Source: Phoronis australis
Lineage: Eukaryota; Animalia; Phoronida
Reading direction: 5' to 3'
NCBI GenBank assembly: GCA_002633005.1
Contig: NMRA01000900.1
Span: 41,785 to 105,784, forward strand
DNA: 64,000 nt
Below the pieces are notes generated by a model that saw only the letters and a list, made by a program, of their open reading frames with translations, made no database searches and was not told the DNA's origin. Shown here in pieces: positions 62,914 through 64,000 of the stretch. The position numbers and the translations under genes are program-made. How positions within the stretch are numbered: position 1 is the stretch's first letter; each line of letters opens with the position of its first letter.

Positions 62914-64000
62914 CTGCGCATGTCATTCAGGGTTCACAGGAAACGGGACATACTGCATCGGTAAGTATCGTCAACGATTAGCGACACAGCTTGCGTACTG
63001 GTGTTGTAGCTTTTTTCTAAAATCACTGTAAAGGTTACGATCATTGCCTTTCTGCAGACCACGTCGTAAGAAATAGTCCAATCACAAACCTTCGCTTCGA
63101 TTTTGGAGCTTACATGTAAGTAATAAGATACTTTAGGTATTGAATTTCCTAAATAACCAAGAATGTTTTGAATTTCAATTTTATTCATGAATTATGTGTT
63201 CTACTGTGATAAAAGACATAGTGAAATAACACTAATCGGTGTTTTACTAATAATATAATACCCAGTTGTTCATTTTCTAAAAAATCTTCGATCTTCACAA
63301 GGGTGCAGGTATTTCCAAAAACGGGGTTTTGGCCTTGAGATTTCTATTATTATGTTACTTCATTATTTTGGCTAGGACAGTAAGTTAAATAAAATAAGGT
63401 TTGATAGCGTTTATTGACGAACAAGTCGAATCTACAGAAACCGGAAAACGAGACGGGATCTGGGGAAAAAACCTTAATGAACACAATGGCGTAATCACTT
63501 TCCTCTCTTCTGGGTACAATGGAAGCTGAACAACAATACACGACTTAAAGTAGGCCTATGGAGTAGAGTAGCTCGAACAACGTTTCAACCATAATAACAG
63601 TTAAACAACAACGCAATAAACACTTATAACTAAGCATAGTCTCTGTCTAGCATGTCTCCGTCTTATCTGCCACGGAAACAGAACTTAAGGAATGAGTACA
63701 CGGTCCACTGGCGCTACTCCATAATTTAATCACTATCGTGCCATGCGGGGGGTTTGCGGTTGCGATGAGAGCTCCGTAATGTGGTGGCATCCTGTGAAAC
63801 GGCGTCGGAGCTAAGGACATCTTTCTCATCCGAAAGCTGAGGGATATCAGCCCCTGGATCGACTGCTCCGGTATCTAGGGTTGGTTCAGGTAGAGGAGGA
63901 GTAGTGATCACCTCCGGCAATGGAGGGGCTATGAGCGGTACCTCGGGCAGGCAATCCCCCGGGGGATCATGCACATGAAGATCGTAGGGGTCGTGGCTAG
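62914..64000 (+). repeat. ~99% identical copy of 47949-49034 (3' part of exon 27, intron, Gypsy 3' LTR and integrase tail); runs off the window
   Basis: Identical ORFs at 48681/63647 and matching ORF ends at 48760/63726; roughly 10 small differences. Confidence 0.97.

Overview
Eukaryotic (invertebrate-like, AT-rich, intron-rich) genomic DNA. The prokaryote-style ORF track is mostly spurious apart from exon and transposon fragments. About 56 kb is occupied by one + strand gene, reconstructed by hand as 33 phase-consistent GT-AG exons (4538-60993, at least ~1535 aa). It encodes a secreted astacin (M12A) zinc metalloprotease: signal peptide, propeptide, furin site RKKR, catalytic domain ([17 protein letters not shown]), EGF, CUB-like, EGF, MAM, 2xCCP, 5xcbEGF, CCP, 3xcbEGF, CCP, an unrecognised 4-Cys module and a second MAM. 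Its 3' end is unresolved at a single N (61031). A decayed LINE with RNase H lies upstream. The introns hold a decayed full-length Ty3/Gypsy element with a nested MITE, MULE-, pogo-, hAT5-, Harbinger- and Helitron-like non-autonomous elements, minisatellites and possible pseudogene relics. The octamer TACATGTA is strongly over-represented outside exons (34 copies counted, a candidate Tc1/mariner excision scar). A 28-bp palindrome with 7-bp flanking repeats looks like a P-element footprint. The last 1.09 kb is a ~99% copy of 47949-49034. All calls are by eye; no database searches were run.
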